Positions 1 to 13,394 of a stretch of 64,000 bases of DNA are shown one piece after another. The notes under the pieces were generated by a model. The model was not told the DNA's origin. It saw only the letters and a list, made by a program, of their open reading frames with translations, and ran no database searches. Each line of letters begins with the position of its first letter. The stretch's first letter is position 1. The translations under genes and the position numbers were made by a program. Source of the stretch: Hemiscyllium ocellatum (lineage: Eukaryota); the NCBI RefSeq assembly GCF_020745735.1, contig NW_026867442.1, positions 359,040-423,039 of the forward strand, given 5' to 3'.

Positions 1-435
1 GCTCATTCCATACATTTAACTCCCTCTGATTGAAAACGTCCCTTAGGTCCCTTTTAAATCTTTCCCCTGTCACCTTCAGCCTATGCCCTCCAGTTCTGGA
101 CTCCCCAACTCTGGAGAAAAAATCTTCTCTATTCACCTTATCTATGCCGCTCATGATTTTATAAACCTCTATACGGTCACCCATCAACCTGCAATGATCC
201 AGGAAAAACAGCCTCAGCCTATTCAGCCTCTCCTTTTCATGCAAACCCTCCAACCTTGGCAACATCCTTGTAAATCATTTTAAGATTCGCAACATTTTTC
301 CTACAGCAAGGTGAACTGAATTGCACACAGTATTCCAAAAGTGCCCTAACCAATGTCCTGTACAGCCGCAACAGCTCCCAACTCCAATACCTAATGCACT
401 GACAAATAAAGGAAAGCAAACCAAATAACTTTGTC
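1..435 (-). mobile_element. CR1/HER1-type LINE 3' fragment (decayed RT C-terminus)
   Basis: Minus-strand translation contains LLRLYRTLVRALLEYCVQF, typical of the C-terminal part of vertebrate CR1 ORF2; interrupted by stops and frameshifts. Confidence 0.75.
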
Positions 436-1039
436 ACTTCCCTATGTACCTGCAACTTCATCTTCAAGGAACTATTCTTCATTTTTTGGAATAACTGAGA
501 GTCTTTCAGTTGTGAAAGATGCCATTCCATGGCACTATTGGATGAAGAGCAGGCAGTTCCCCCTGGTGTCCCTGGTCAATATTTATCCCCCAGTCAAAAT
601 CACTCAGAATGTATTTCTCTGCTAATTATCACATGGTGTTTGGGATCTCGCTGTGCACAGTCTGCTGGAAAGATCCAGTGGGACACCCTGAGTTGGGGAC
701 AGGTGCTACACAAGTGCAAGTCTTTCTTGAAGGTTGGAGTCTCCTGATCAGGATCCTCATCCATTGTCTGCGCACTCTCACCTTCCAGGAGTCATGGGGT
801 CATTAGGAGCAGTGACCCTGTCTGACCCTAGGACACTGAGACTCTTTGCAGCCTCACCCTTGACCTCAGCCCAATAGTGTGCAGCAAGGTTTGAAATATA
901 ATCTAGAATCTTCTACACAGACACCCCAACGTGATTCTTTCCTGACGTGTGTGGATCCGAGTCTTCTCCAATGTTCTTGGATAAAGTTCTCCTGATCTGT
1001 GGGTAATCGGAGGTTTGTTAAAGAGATACCACGCTCCAT

Positions 1040-1520
1040 CCCACTTTCCAGCTCTTGCTCCATAGCTCTGGAAGTTTTGCTGTTTCAAGTGAACATCTAA
1101 GTGTTTTTTCAATGTGATGAGGGTTTCTGCCTCTCCCACCCTTTCAGACAGTGAGTCCCACATCCCACCAAGCTCTGGGTGAAAACAAAGACCCTCAACC
1201 CCCCTCTAATCCTGCCCCAACTGATTTCAATCTCTCCCCATGGTTATTGCCCTCTGTGCTGGTGGAAATCAGTCCTTCCTACCCACTCTGTCCAGGCCCC
1301 TCATCATTTTACACACCACCATCAAATCTCCCCTCAGCCTCCTGTGTTCCAAAGAAAACAGTCCCAGCCAATCCAATCATTCCGCAAAGCTCAAAGTCCC
1401 CATTCCAGACAAACTCCTCCTCTGTCCCCATCTCTAATGGAATCACATCCTTCCTGTATGTGGTGACCAGAACCGTACACAGTTCTCTCACTGTGCTCTA
1501 ACTGGGGTTTTATACAGTTC
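1040..1520 (-). mobile_element. CR1/HER1-type LINE 3' fragment
   Basis: Minus-strand peptides TLITLKKHLDVHLK and ELCTVLVTTYRKDVIPLE match the CR1 ORF2 C-terminus pattern. Confidence 0.7.
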
Positions 1521-1569
1521 CAGAATAAACAAACACCTTGCTTTCACAGTCAACCAAAAATGAGATAAG

Positions 1570-1900
1570 GGAGGTGATGGTCTAATGGTGTTATTGCTGA
1601 GCTGTTAATCCAGAGATCCAGGTAATGTTCTGGGGACCAGGGTTAGAATCCAGCAGATGGTGGCATTCAAATTCAATCCAAACAAAATCTGCAATTAAGA
1701 GTCTAATGATGACCATGAAACCATCGTTGATTGTCAGGAAAAGCATCTGATTCCCTTATGTCCTTTAGGGAAGGAAACTGCCATCCTTACCATGTGACCC
1801 CAGACCCACAGCAATGTGGGTGACTCTAAACTGCCCTTTGGGTGATTAGGGATGGGCAATAAATGCTGCCGATCCAGCAATGCCCTCATTCCATCAAGGG
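1570..1900 (+). mobile_element. tRNA-derived Deu-domain SINE (SacSINE1-like)
   Basis: tRNA-like head (ggaggtgatggtctaatggt) plus central cctttagggaaggaaactgccatccttacc...ccagacccacagcaatgtgg motif; a sister copy lies at about 50800-51110. Confidence 0.65.
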
Positions 1901-3021
1901 AAAAAGAAAAACAGTTTCTCCCATGTGTCTTCTGAACCACCTCACTGACCTGCATTAATCACCATGGCCACATCTTCCACCTCCACACACATCTGACTTC
2001 CAGCTTCAACATGATGAGAGACATTCCTTCATTATCTGAGAAACAGATAGAAACATCAAACACAGGAGCAGCAGTAGGCCATTCGGCCCTTCAAGGCCTG
2101 CTCCACCCTTCAATATGATCATGGCTGTTCATCCAACACAGTCCCCTGTTCCTACTTTCTCCCCACATTCTTTGATCCCTTTAATCCTAAGAACTGTATC
2201 TAATTCCTTCTTAAATACACATTGCATCTAATTCCCTTTTGCTGGAAAAATGGATGACAATTATTGGGTTGTTGTTTTTTGACCAGTATGGACACAATGG
2301 GCTGATGGGTCTTTTGGGCCCCTATGACTCTATTGTTATTTATTATGAATAACTGGGTACCAAGGGCTGACCCTGTGGCACCCTAAGTTGTTATTACCTG
2401 CCATTCAGAAAAAGACTCATTCTTTCTGTGCTGCCTGCCAACCAGTTCCCAATCCATGTCAGTACGTGAACCCCAATCCTCTTGTTTCTTTGGTCTAGAT
2501 GTGGGAGTCCCACCCTTACTCATTGTGGGAACAGATTCTGAACAGTCTGTCTCATCCTTCGAGGGCTCCCACTGCCCTGACACTGATTTCCCATCATGCC
2601 ATTGGTTCCGATCCACTTTTACCAAAGCACCGCACAGTTTAGTAAAATGAAAACTTTTACACTTGCTCCATGGTTCTCCATTTCCATCCCTACTCTCAAT
2701 CTCACTGAGTTCTAATCAGTGTCACTAAAATGCTCCCCCATCGATAGCCCTTCCAGCTTCCCACATTCATTCCATAACTGATGGTCCAAAATTGTCCCTT
2801 CTCTCTCTGCTGCTTCACCATCACCTTCTCAGGGACATCTAGGGACGGTAATGAATGCTGGCCCTGCCAGTGACACTCAGATCGCAAGAAGCAATTTGAA
2901 CAGTGTCTGTTCATTTGTTGGGTTTATTCTGTATTGACTAAGAATGTTCAAAAAGATCGTATTGTGAGGGTTGAATTCCCTTCAAATGTCAGGGATTAAA
3001 ATTGTTTCTTTTGTCTTTCAG

Positions 3022-3350
3022 TCCGTGACAACTCTCAGCCCAAGCTGACCCTGCTGCCCCCCTCCCCTGAGCAGATTAATGCCAAGGACACTGCCACCCT
3101 GGTGTGCCTTGCCAATCACTTCTATCCCGATGAGCTGGAGGTGCAGTGGAAGAAAGACGGTGCAGTCATTTCGGACGGGGTTCAGACCAGCAACTACCTG
3201 CGAGCTTCGGACAGCACCTACAGTGTCAGCAGCCTGCTGACCCTCTCTGGGTCTGACTGGGAGTCCAACGCTCGCTTCTCCTGTGCCCTCACCCACGTGA
3301 CCCTCCCCTCTCCCCTCAGCAAGAGCATCAGGAGATCAGAATGTGTGTAG
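3022..3350 (+). CDS. IGKC: Immunoglobulin light-chain constant exon, kappa type (shark type III/NS4-like)
   Basis: Strong acceptor (ttgtttcttttgtctttcag), phase-1 start, open frame RDNSQPKLTLLPPSPEQINAKDTATLVCLANHFYPDELEVQWKK...DSTYSVSSLLTLS...FSCALTHVTLPSPLSKSIRRSECV*. Both C1-set cysteines, the core Trp, the kappa-like DSTYSxSSxLTLS motif and the terminal Cys for the H-L disulfide are present. The isotype call is from recalled shark kappa sequences. Confidence 0.93.
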
Positions 3351-3671
3351 AGTGTTGGAGACAGTCCACAGAGGAGACACAACTTTAAATAGAACAGGGC
3401 TGAGCTGGCAGGACAAAGGTCATTGTCAGCACTGAATTTCAACTCTCTTCCTTCTCAGGACTGCTCAGGGAACCTTCTGAGGTTTGGATGTTAAAGCAGA
3501 TCATTGCGACAGTGTCGAGGGAGCTTTATGCTGTGTCAAACCCCATGCTGTCCCTGTTCTGGGAGTGTTTGATGGGGACAGGGTTGACTTGTGATGCCAA
3601 GTAAAATCTCTTGAAGTTGCTGAAGACTGTCAGCTGTACAAAACAATGTGAACCTCAGAATTCTCTGCTTC

Positions 3672-3677
3672 AATAAA
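3672..3677 (+). terminator. Candidate polyadenylation signal of the Ig kappa transcript
   Basis: First AATAAA seen downstream of the C-exon stop, about 320 nt after it. Confidence 0.55.
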
Positions 3678-4254
3678 CCAGATCTCCTTCCTGCTCAGCT
3701 GTCAGTTCCAATTTAAGGTTTTGTCACTGTTTAAAGGGACAGGATTCTCATGTTATTGAGCAATTCTCCACAAATGTTTTCCTTAAACTCCATTGTGGCT
3801 GTGAATTTGAGCAGCTTCCTCTGTCTGGGCTGTTAATTGCAGTTTTTTTTCTGTCAATGTGAATGTGGAAAAGGGAATAAAGGTGAAGATTCAGTCTCTG
3901 TCTGGTGTATGCTTTGGAAATAGATAACCTTCCCCGCCCCCCAGTTGATTGGCTGCATTTCAGCAGGTCATTGTCAAGATTGGCTGGTTGGCCTGTCAAT
4001 CAATTACAATCATCAATCATTTTCAAATGATCCCTTTGATCAGGAATTTATGTAGGTTACAAGATTCCAAAAAGAACAGAAACCGAAAGCTGTTAGGACT
4101 CAATAAGTACAATCTGATGCATTCCCTCTTCACTCTGTTGGTCCAGGCCCAGCTGATGGGATCGCACTGTGCAATCTCTGCTGCATGTTGGGTAGCTGCT
4201 GAAACAATCTTCGGCCAATCACTGACATTGTCAGCTGTGTCTCTCTGAGGTAAA

Positions 4255-4380
4255 AACAAGGACTGCAGATGCTGGAAACCAGATTCTAGATTAGAGTGGT
4301 ACTGGAAAAGCACAGCAGTTCAGGCAGCATCTGAGGAGCAGGAAAATCGATGTTTCGGGCAAAGCCCTTCATCAGGAATA
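4255..4380 (-). mobile_element. Penelope-like pLTR remnant with degenerate hammerhead core
   Basis: Minus strand reads ttcCTGATGAagggctttgcccGAAACatc followed by the shark PLE tail (tgctgcctgaactgctgtgcttttccag). Confidence 0.65.
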
Positions 4381-5771
4381 AAGCTCTATCTGGAATGTGT
4401 GCCTCTCTGAGGGCGAGTGTTTAACTTAATGCTGCTTGGAGGGGTCTCTCTCAGTGTGGATTTGTTACTCAGAGAGACACCTACAGGCAGCGTTCAGTAA
4501 CGCACCCACATTCGGAGACACCTGTCTGCAGCATGGAGTGTGATCATGTTCCTCAGTGCTACCTGTCTCACAGAGTGAGTGTGTTACTCTGTGCTGTCTA
4601 TAGGTGTCTCTCTGAGGTATGTGTCTCCGAGCGATGGATTGAGAATGGGCTTTGTGCTGGGGATTGAAGATTAGGCTTTAATCTTCTCAAATCATGAATG
4701 GAAAACAGTTCTGCTGATTCAGTCTGAGATGGCAGCTCATTCAGATGGCCAAAGTTAAAAATCACACAACTCCAGGTGATAGTCAAACAGGTTTATTTGA
4801 AAGTAGAAGCGTTCAGAGCACTGCTTCTTCATCAGGTAGCTGGAGGGGCAGGATCATTTGACACAGAATTTATAGTAAATTCAGATGGCAGCTGAGAAAG
4901 GTGAATACTGAGAGTGTATTCTCAGTAAGGGAGGGATTTCAGAGGCAGTGGGCACTGTGCTCCCTAATGCAGAAATGTCGATTTTCCTGCTCCTCAGATG
5001 CTGCCTGACCTGCTGTGCTTTTCCAGCACTACTCTAATCTAGACTGTGCTCCCTAATGTGTTGCCCAATTACAAGGGGACTTTCTGAATCCAGGGTCAAT
5101 CGTGGCTGCCTGCCCAGCCAATGCTGGCTCCCCATAGTCATATTTCAGTGGTTAATTAACCCAAAACAAGGTGCAGCAATATTACCTTCCAGGGAGGGGA
5201 GCTGTCTGAGGGAGGGAGGTTGAATTCTTGCAGCCCCAAGAGAGGTTGCGGTGGATTAATGACAGGTATGACCACCATGAAGGTGCCACCTTCTCTCCCC
5301 CTGCCCCAGCTGTGATGACCCTCAGGTTAAAAGTGTGACTGCTCTGGGATGATGACCACATTCCTGGGTGATGGAGGGAAGGCCAACCTCTCCCAAAGGC
5401 AGCACAGGCTGGATCGAAGGTGAAACAAGAGTAAGCATGGGGAGATTGATTGTTGGTGACAGAAGCGGGAGCGGGGGCAAGTTGGTTGGCAGGTTGTTAT
5501 TCAGAGTCAGGTCCCAGAGTATCAGTCCTTCTGACACTCCTCTGTTTATCTGTCAGCCAGGGCTCCCTGATTGGACAAAGTTAACTGTCCCTGTCAGAGA
5601 GCTCATATTTCATCAAAAAGAATAAAACATTTATTGAACAAGGAGCTCAAGAGCTAAATGACATTAAACAAAATGAACGGTTTGAAAGATTTCATTATGG
5701 ACACTGCAAATAAGATTTGGTGAAGAACTTTTTCACTCAACAGGTGGTGGGAATCCAGAATGGACTGTCAT

Positions 5772-6070
5772 AAAATCCCTACAGTGAGGAAACAGGCCAC
5801 TTGGCCCAACATGTCCACACTGACCCTTGGAAGAGTAACCTACCCAAGACCCAATCCCCTGTCTTATTACTCTGCTTTTCCCCTGACTAATGAGCCTAAC
5901 CTACACATCCCTGACCACTATGGGTAACTTAGCATGGCCAATTCACCTAACCTGCACGTCTTTAGACTGTGGGAGGAAACCAGAGCACCCAGAAGAAACC
6001 TACGCAGGCACTTGGAGAATGTGCAAACTCCACACAGACAGTTGCCTGAGGCTGGAATTGAACCTGGGTC
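5772..6070 (-). mobile_element. HE1-type V-SINE
   Basis: Reverse complement contains the V-domain (gtgtggagtttgcacattctcc...ggtttcctcccacagtctaaagacgtgcaggttagg) and a CR1-derived tail (gttgggccaagtggcctgtttcc). Confidence 0.8.
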
Positions 6071-6074
6071 AAAA

Positions 6075-8845
6075 CACCCAATCCAGCCTTGACTTCGCTC
6101 CAGCATCTGCCTCCACTTCTGGCCCCTCCCACTCTGCAACCAGGACTGAGACTACATTTCCCAGAGTCCCCCTGAGTCCAACTGCCTCCCTGCAGCCAGC
6201 CAGCACACTCGCTCTCCCTCCTCACCCATCCACCCCCACAGTGCACCCTATCCCTCCACTTCTCCCTCTTCACCACATCCCCACCTTCCCACTCCCCCAC
6301 CTCACTCCATAACCCACCTCCACCCCAATCTCCTTTCTCTCCCACACCCATTCTCTCCCATTCCCATTACCCTTTCCCCCTCCCCTCCTTCAGCCATCTC
6401 GGAGCCCCCTGAAAACCTCGTCCCCCACGCCGAGCCTTGCCCCTTATTTACTATCCCCCCACGACCTCGAACTCTGAGTCCAAAAGGTTCATCCTGAGAA
6501 AAGGGCTCACATTTGTTCCCAACCTCAAAAAATCCCGCACCCACCAGGACGTGGAGCTCTTCTTCCGCCGCCTCTACCTCTGTTTTCTTCTTTAACAAAA
6601 ACTCCCAAACTCCCTCTGAGGACCCCTTCTCCCACCTCCAACCTTCCTCCTCCACTTGGTCACCCCCCCAACCCCACCACCACCAGCTGTGTACACACCC
6701 TAGAGCTCTTCATTGCTGACCACTGATGTGACATCAGCCGCCTCAATTTCTCCAACCCCCTCACCCTCTCCAATCACCCCTCCTCCAAACGTGCAGCACT
6801 CCACTCTCTCCGTACCACCCCCGGTTCACCATCAAACCCACTGACAAAGGTGGTAGTCTGGGGAACGGACCTCTATGTCGCAGAGGCCGAACCCCAACTC
6901 TCTGACCACACATTCTACCTCCCCCTTGCCCATGACCCCACCCTGACCCATCAGGCCAAAATCACTCACACTGTCTGTGCCCCCATTGCCTCCAGTGATC
7001 TCCCCTCCACTGTCTCCAATCTCACAGTCCCCCAGCCCTGCACTGCCCAGTTCTACCTGCTCCCCAAGATCCACAAACCCAACTACACTGGCCGACCCAT
7101 CATCTCAACATGCTCCTGCCCCACCGAACTCCTCTCATCCTACCTCAACTCCATCCTCTCCTCCTTGGTTCAGGCACTTCCCACCTACATCCGTGACACC
7201 AACCATGCCCTCCATCTCTTCAGTAACCTTCAGTTCCTAGGCCCCCAGCACTTTATCTTCACTATGGACAGTCCTTATATACGTCCATACCCAACAAGAT
7301 CAGCCTCCTGGCCCTCTGCTTTTTTCTCTCCAACAGATCCATCCACTCCCCCTCCACCAATACCCTCCTCCATCTGGCCCAACTGGTCCTCACCCTCAAC
7401 AACTTTTCCTTTAACTCCTCCCAGTTCCTCTAAATCCAGGGGTGGCTATGAGTACCTGGATGGGCCCCAGCTCCCCCTGCCCCTTTATTGGCTATGCTGA
7501 ACAGTCCCTCTTCAGTGCCTACACAGGCACTGTGCCCCAGCTCTGCTACCATTACATCGATGACTGCGTTGGTGCAGTGACCTGCACCCAGGCTGAACTG
7601 GAGCAGTTCATCGTCTTCGCCCACAACTTCCACCCTACCCTCAAATTCACTTGGTCCGCCTCGGACACCTCCCTCCCCTTTATTGACCTCTCCATTCCCA
7701 TCTCCAGTGACCGTGTTCAGATAGACATTTACTGCAAACTCACAGACTCCCATTATTACACGGACTATACTTTCTCCATCCCATTCTTCCAATTCCTCCG
7801 CCTCTGCTCTATCTGCTCGAATGAGGAGACATTCCACTCCCAAGTATTCTAGATGACCACCTATTTCGAACAACATGCTTTTGCTCCCTCTGTCATCCAT
7901 CGCACCACCTCCATTTCCCATTCCACTGCTCTAAACCCACCCCCTCCAAACAGAATAAAGACAAAGACCCCATTGCCCTCACCTATCACCCAAACCAATC
8001 TCTGTATCCAACACATCATCCTATTCGCCAACCCCAACAAGACCCCACCACCAAGAATGTCTTCCTCACCATACCCCTGTCTGCCTTCCACAAGGACTGT
8101 TCCCTTTGACAATTCTTGGTTTGCACCACTCTCTCCACCATCTCTCCTGAACCCCCCGGTACCTTCCCCTGCAAACGGAAATGATGCAAAGCCTGCTGGT
8201 ACACCAACCCCAAAACCTCCATCCAGGACCCCAAACAGTCCTTCCAGGTGAGACAGAGGTTCACTTGCCTCTCCTCCAACCTAGTTTACTGCATCAGGTG
8301 ATGGCGATGTGGTCTTCTCTACATCGGGAAGACCAAACATAAACTTAGGCAGCGGTTGGTCGTGCATCTCAGCTGGGCCTGTAGGAGCCGACCAGACCTC
8401 CCAGTCACCACCCATTTTAATTCCCCTTCCCACTCCCTTTCTACCATGATCATCTTTGGCTTCCTCCATTGCCACAATGAACCAAATCGCAAATTGGAGG
8501 GACAATACCTCATCTTCCGCCTGGGCAGCCTACAGCCCAGAGGATTCAACACTGAGTTCTCCAAATTCAAACACCTTCCCTTCCCATCCCCGGACTCCCT
8601 CCCCAGCCCCTCCCATCTCTTCCACTCCTCTCTGCCACCAAACAGATTCATTCCTTCCATTAACGAACCAGGTCGTGTCCTCTGCCTGTCTTCATGTATC
8701 CCCATTCTCCACCTTGCCCCGCCACCCCCTTTATCTGCAGCTCCGCCTACACTCACCGCCATTCCTGAAGAAGGGTTACACCCAAAACATCAACTTCTTC
8801 ACCGCCTGATGCTGCCTGACTTGCTGTGTTCCTCCAACCTCCTGC
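6075..8845 (+). mobile_element. Decayed Penelope-like retroelement (Neptune-like): RT plus GIY-YIG endonuclease
   Basis: FYLLPKIHKP...GRPIIS (PLE RT N-terminus), YHYIDD catalytic motif at about 7545-7565, GIY-YIG motif VYCIR...LYIGKT at about 8285-8335, and 3' pLTR with mutated hammerhead core (cctgaagaagggttacacccaaaac) at about 8762-8790. Many frameshifts. Confidence 0.85.
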
Positions 8846-8999
8846 CTGTCATTGAATGGAACCAGCAGGAAAGGGCTGGACAATCAAGTGTCAGGGCCAT
8901 CAACAAATGGGAATGGGACACACTACAGATAATGCATTGAGACAGTCAATCACAAAGAGGTGACCAAACTGAAAATGAAACACTCATACACAGTGGACG

Positions 9000-9320
9000 G
9001 AATTTAATATCAGAAAGTGTGAGACCATGCACTTTGTTCGGAATAATCGAAAGGCCGACTATTATTTAAATAGTGAGAGATTCCAAAAAAGTGCAGTACA
9101 GAGTGATCGGTGTAGTATTGTGCATGAAACATTGAAAGTTAGTGCAGGTGCAGCAAGGAATTGAGAAGGCAAATGGAATTTTCACTTTTATTGTCTGGGG
9201 TTGGAATTTAAAAGTAGAGAAATCTTGTTGAAACTTTACAGGGTGTTAGTGAGCCTGCATTTGAAGTATTGTGTGCAATTTTGGTCCCTGTATTTAAGAA
9301 AGGATGGACAGTCATTGGAG
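9000..9320 (+). mobile_element. CR1/HER1 LINE fragment
   Basis: EFKSREILLKLYRVLVSLHLKYCVQFWS is the CR1 ORF2 C-terminal signature. Confidence 0.7.
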
Positions 9321-11737
9321 TCCTACTCCTGCTTCAATTTCTCATGTTCTTGTGTGCTCCAGTGTCCCTCCCTCACAGCACAACTGGTTTGTCCCTTCCC
9401 TGCAGTAGCAGCCTCCAGTCTCTGGGTGGTGCTGCCATATGATCTGCCTTGCCCAGGCTGTCACAATTCCCACATCACAACAATGCCTGGACTTTGGAAG
9501 TATTGAATTGGCTGTAAAACATTTTCCAACATCCAAGCTCAAAAACGGCATCATAGAAATATAATTCTCTCTCCTTTTATGTTTTGTCTCCAAGCCTTCC
9601 CACCTGTCATCCAACAACATCGCACACTTGTGTAAAATCTAGAATGGATCATGAATCTCTGGGAGAACTTACTTTGTGACAACACTGAGTCTAATGACCA
9701 CACCCTCAGTGGGCTTTGAGGGTGAAGGTCAATAGCAGTCTCATTGGGACTTGATCTGAATTGTCTCCAGTCAGTCAGTGCTTTTGTCTGGTCCAGACAG
9801 TACTGACCAACCTTAGAGCCCTGTGATCTGATTGAGATGAAGGGTGAGCTGTGCTGGACTTTCACACATGGCTCACACACGGTGAAGCAGGGATTCCCCA
9901 TTTCAGAAGAGTAAATGGAACAAACGAACTGGGTGGATGTGACATCCCCACCTGTCCCCAAGAGAGTGGGGACAGGAACAGTAATATTCTCACACAGAAA
10001 GGATGGTAAAAATTTTAACCCAGAGAGAGAGAGGATAGGAAAAGCAATGCTCCCTAAAGACAGGGGACAGTATCTGTCTGTTCCCCACTTTCTTGTTGTG
10101 TTGTGACCTTGGGAAATTGGTTTGGTTGATATTTTCTCAGTTGTATTTAGGTTTGATGAGGTGATTCATTAACAAGGATTCCAATTACATATTTCCTGTA
10201 GCAGCAGATCCATTGAAGATCACAGTTTCATTTGGAGGTTGCCCAGGTTTCTGTCCAGGCTGATGCAGCATGGTCTACCAGTGCTGCTCCTATTGGGCTA
10301 AACCATCACACACGAGGGAATCTGATGGGCACTTTCTCTTTGTGCTGACAAAGGGAGAGATTTGGTTTTACTGCGATGGTGGCCAGAGAAATTAGTCAGT
10401 GGATGTAGTTCCAGCTGAGCAGAATGTTCTGATGTTCATGATGGGATTAACCTCAACAGTTCCCACTTGCCTTTACACCGACAGTGGAACAGGAAGTCAC
10501 CATGCAGTGATCTCCTGGCTCACACTGAGAAACCAAGTTGATGGTATAACTGCAGAGAGCAAGGCAATGGCTTGGACTCACCGAACAACCAGAGGCTTCA
10601 GCCAACAACTGGGTTACAGGCAAATGGCGTGTTGTATAAACTCTCAGTATCTCAGCGAACATTCATTGACAAACATAACTACAAAATGGAACAGGATATT
10701 GTTTATGAAAATTGGCATTGCAAAAATAAAATCCAAACACATTATAGGTAATCTCATTTCAAAGACTACAGCGTGTTCTTTGGAAACTGGACGATAATGA
10801 GATGAGAAATCAAACACCCATCCACTCCGTCACACGGTGTTGAAGACGCACTGTCCTCATCATAACAGGTTTGCAAGCATCTGAATAACATGAAAGGGGA
10901 GAGAAACATTGCAAACTGTATTATCACGAGAGAGGATCCATTAAAACCTAGAACCATGATGTTAAATGCTCCCTGCTCTAAACAACACTGATGCATTCAC
11001 ATCATTGGAATGTTAAATGATTTAAATCTCAAGAGGCATTGATGATTTTTTTTTCCAAGTCCATAGCAAGGAAGCAGTAGCTAACATATGAACTCTAACA
11101 AAATGATAACAGGCACTGAATACAGAGCTGACTCCAGAGAGAGTGAAAAAAAAATCAACCGCAGAGATCTGTCCAGTGCTGGGAACATTTTAGACAAGAG
11201 ACCTTGTTGCCAGCAAGTTACTGCAGCTTGAAAACTCCAGTACGGTCAGAAAGAGAAAAAGGACAATGTACAGATTGTTGAACAGGCCCCTACACCTGGG
11301 CCTGAGGCAGGAGCCCAAGCTCCAACACACTGCCTCACTTCACACCAACCTTCACACAGTGCGGGGTCATGAACTCTGGCCATCAATCTCTCAGGGACTG
11401 GGACGGAGTGAGGGAACAGGGACAATTGTAGAGCAGTCAATAAGGAGTAAAGCAAGATGGAGAGGGTGTGTTGGAAAGGGGTTAGAGGAGGAAATATACT
11501 TTGTGCTACTCAGTACAGACATCATCTACGTGTTTCACAGAATGAACAAACAGCACACTGTGAAGACAAACAAAATTCCCATCAAAGTATTTTTCTTATC
11601 ACAGGGGATATTTTCATTATGGAGCCCTCAGTACCCTACTTCTAAAGCTGCACTGTCTCTCTATGGGTCTCTGCAGATTGAGCCTGTCAGCTCCAAGCAG
11701 AGTCCCACTTTACGTTTTACTGATCAAGGACAGTGAA

Positions 11738-11758
11738 GCAGCTGCCCTCTAGTGGCGA
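11738..11758 (-). promoter_or_regulatory. CTCF-binding motif
   Basis: Minus strand TCGCCACTAGAGGGCAGCTGC matches the canonical CTCF core (CCACYAGRGGGCRS) in non-repeat sequence that retains several CpGs. Motif match only. Confidence 0.6.
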
Positions 11759-13394
11759 GAGAGAGCTTGCACGGCTGCTGAGGATTATGGGTCCCCTTCC
11801 ATTCGCGCCCACACAAACCAGCAGCCACTTCAGCTGCTTTATTGAAAACCACAAACTTTCAAGGCGCTGTTCTTTCAACGGTGGAACTGGACACACGATC
11901 AAATGAGTTAGGGGCAGAGGAAGGAGATTCATCCTCTTGAGCCTGCTCCCCATGGCTGACCTGATTATTCCACATTCTTACCTTACTCTGATAGATTCTT
12001 GAAAGCAATGGCTATCTACTTCTTCACTACAAGCATTCAGAGGTTTCATTTCTATGTTTGATGAAGAGTTCCAAAGATCTATGACCTTATGCAAGAAACA
12101 AAAATTGCTTATCTCGGTCTTCTATGAGGGAACTTGTTTTAATTTGATATTCTCCCCGAAAAGGAAACACGCTTTTCACATCCACGCTGTATTCTATGTT
12201 CAGGTTGATATGGAATCTGCTTGAATCAGCTGCTCTCTCATGCTGTCCTGAAGAATGGTTAGATCATGGCTAGAATATGGTGCACAGTTAGGGCCTGCTT
12301 TGAGGGGCAATACATAATGGGACATGGACAGGGGATCTAGGGTCACAAGAGATGTGCAGGCTAGCAAATGGAAAATGCCATGGAAAATGCAGGATTACAG
12401 GAATAGGGTGGGGGAGGTTTGCATCTGGGTGGGATGGCCTTCAAAGGGTTGGTATGAGTTTGCTGGGCTTTACGTGGCCTGCTTCCACTCTGTAGGAATT
12501 CCTCAATTCTGTGATTCTACGAAGGCCAGGCAGGATGTCAACAGTGGAGGGAGGGTATTCTGATGTTCAAAAATTCTTAAACGAATAAACACAGTAAATG
12601 TAGATTGACTATCAGTGCAGACAAACTGAAAGGCAAAATGACATATTCTCCAGTCATATACCAGGTACAGAAAAGAGATCGGAAAAACCTTTTGATACAG
12701 TTATTGGAATTGAATGATGAATAATCATAAACAGAGTGCTCCATTCATAAAAAGACAGGAATACTTTTTAGAATTTCAATAGGCCTGAAGGAAAAGAGGA
12801 AATCAGGATCAAATAGTCATTTGAGAATATAGCACTTGAGTGAGACAAACGAACGCATTTCATTTTGCCTTGCTTTCGCTCCATGGATGCTGTCTGACCC
12901 ACTGGGGTCTCCAGAGTTTTGCTATGCTATTTCTTACAAATTGTTTTGTTGTGTGCAAGACAAAAGCTTTGACAAACTGTTTCTTTTTTTCAGCGACACT
13001 TGAATTTGGATCATTTTCGAGAGAAAGCAGGGCCATGGAATTATCTTTCCCTGCCAGGAGGGAGGGAGTGTGTGTGGAATCTCCCATGGGCAGGGTTCTC
13101 CTGGCTGCCACCACATCAGGAAGGCTGGAGCTTGATGATCGAGCTGAATGGACAGGGCTCACTCTCACAGTCCTCCGGGCCATGGAGCCTCTTGTGATGG
13201 GAGCATCTGCTTGGTCTCAGGGCAGACAATGACATTGCAGTGGGATTGGAAATGGGACAACTTGACAGTGGATGCTGCACAATGGCTGCACTGACTCTTC
13301 CTCTCTGCCTGATCCCTCCCCACACACAGGAGAAGTTGCATTAGGAACCTGTTCTAAAGGGCTACAACCCACTGCAGCACTCCCAATCTGCAAA

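Noticed and set aside
1-3021. V or J segments and RSS upstream of C-kappa
   Set aside because: No FGxGT J motif, heptamer-nonamer or octamer promoter was found; the stretch is mostly LINE/SINE-filled J-C intron, and V-J must lie outside the window.
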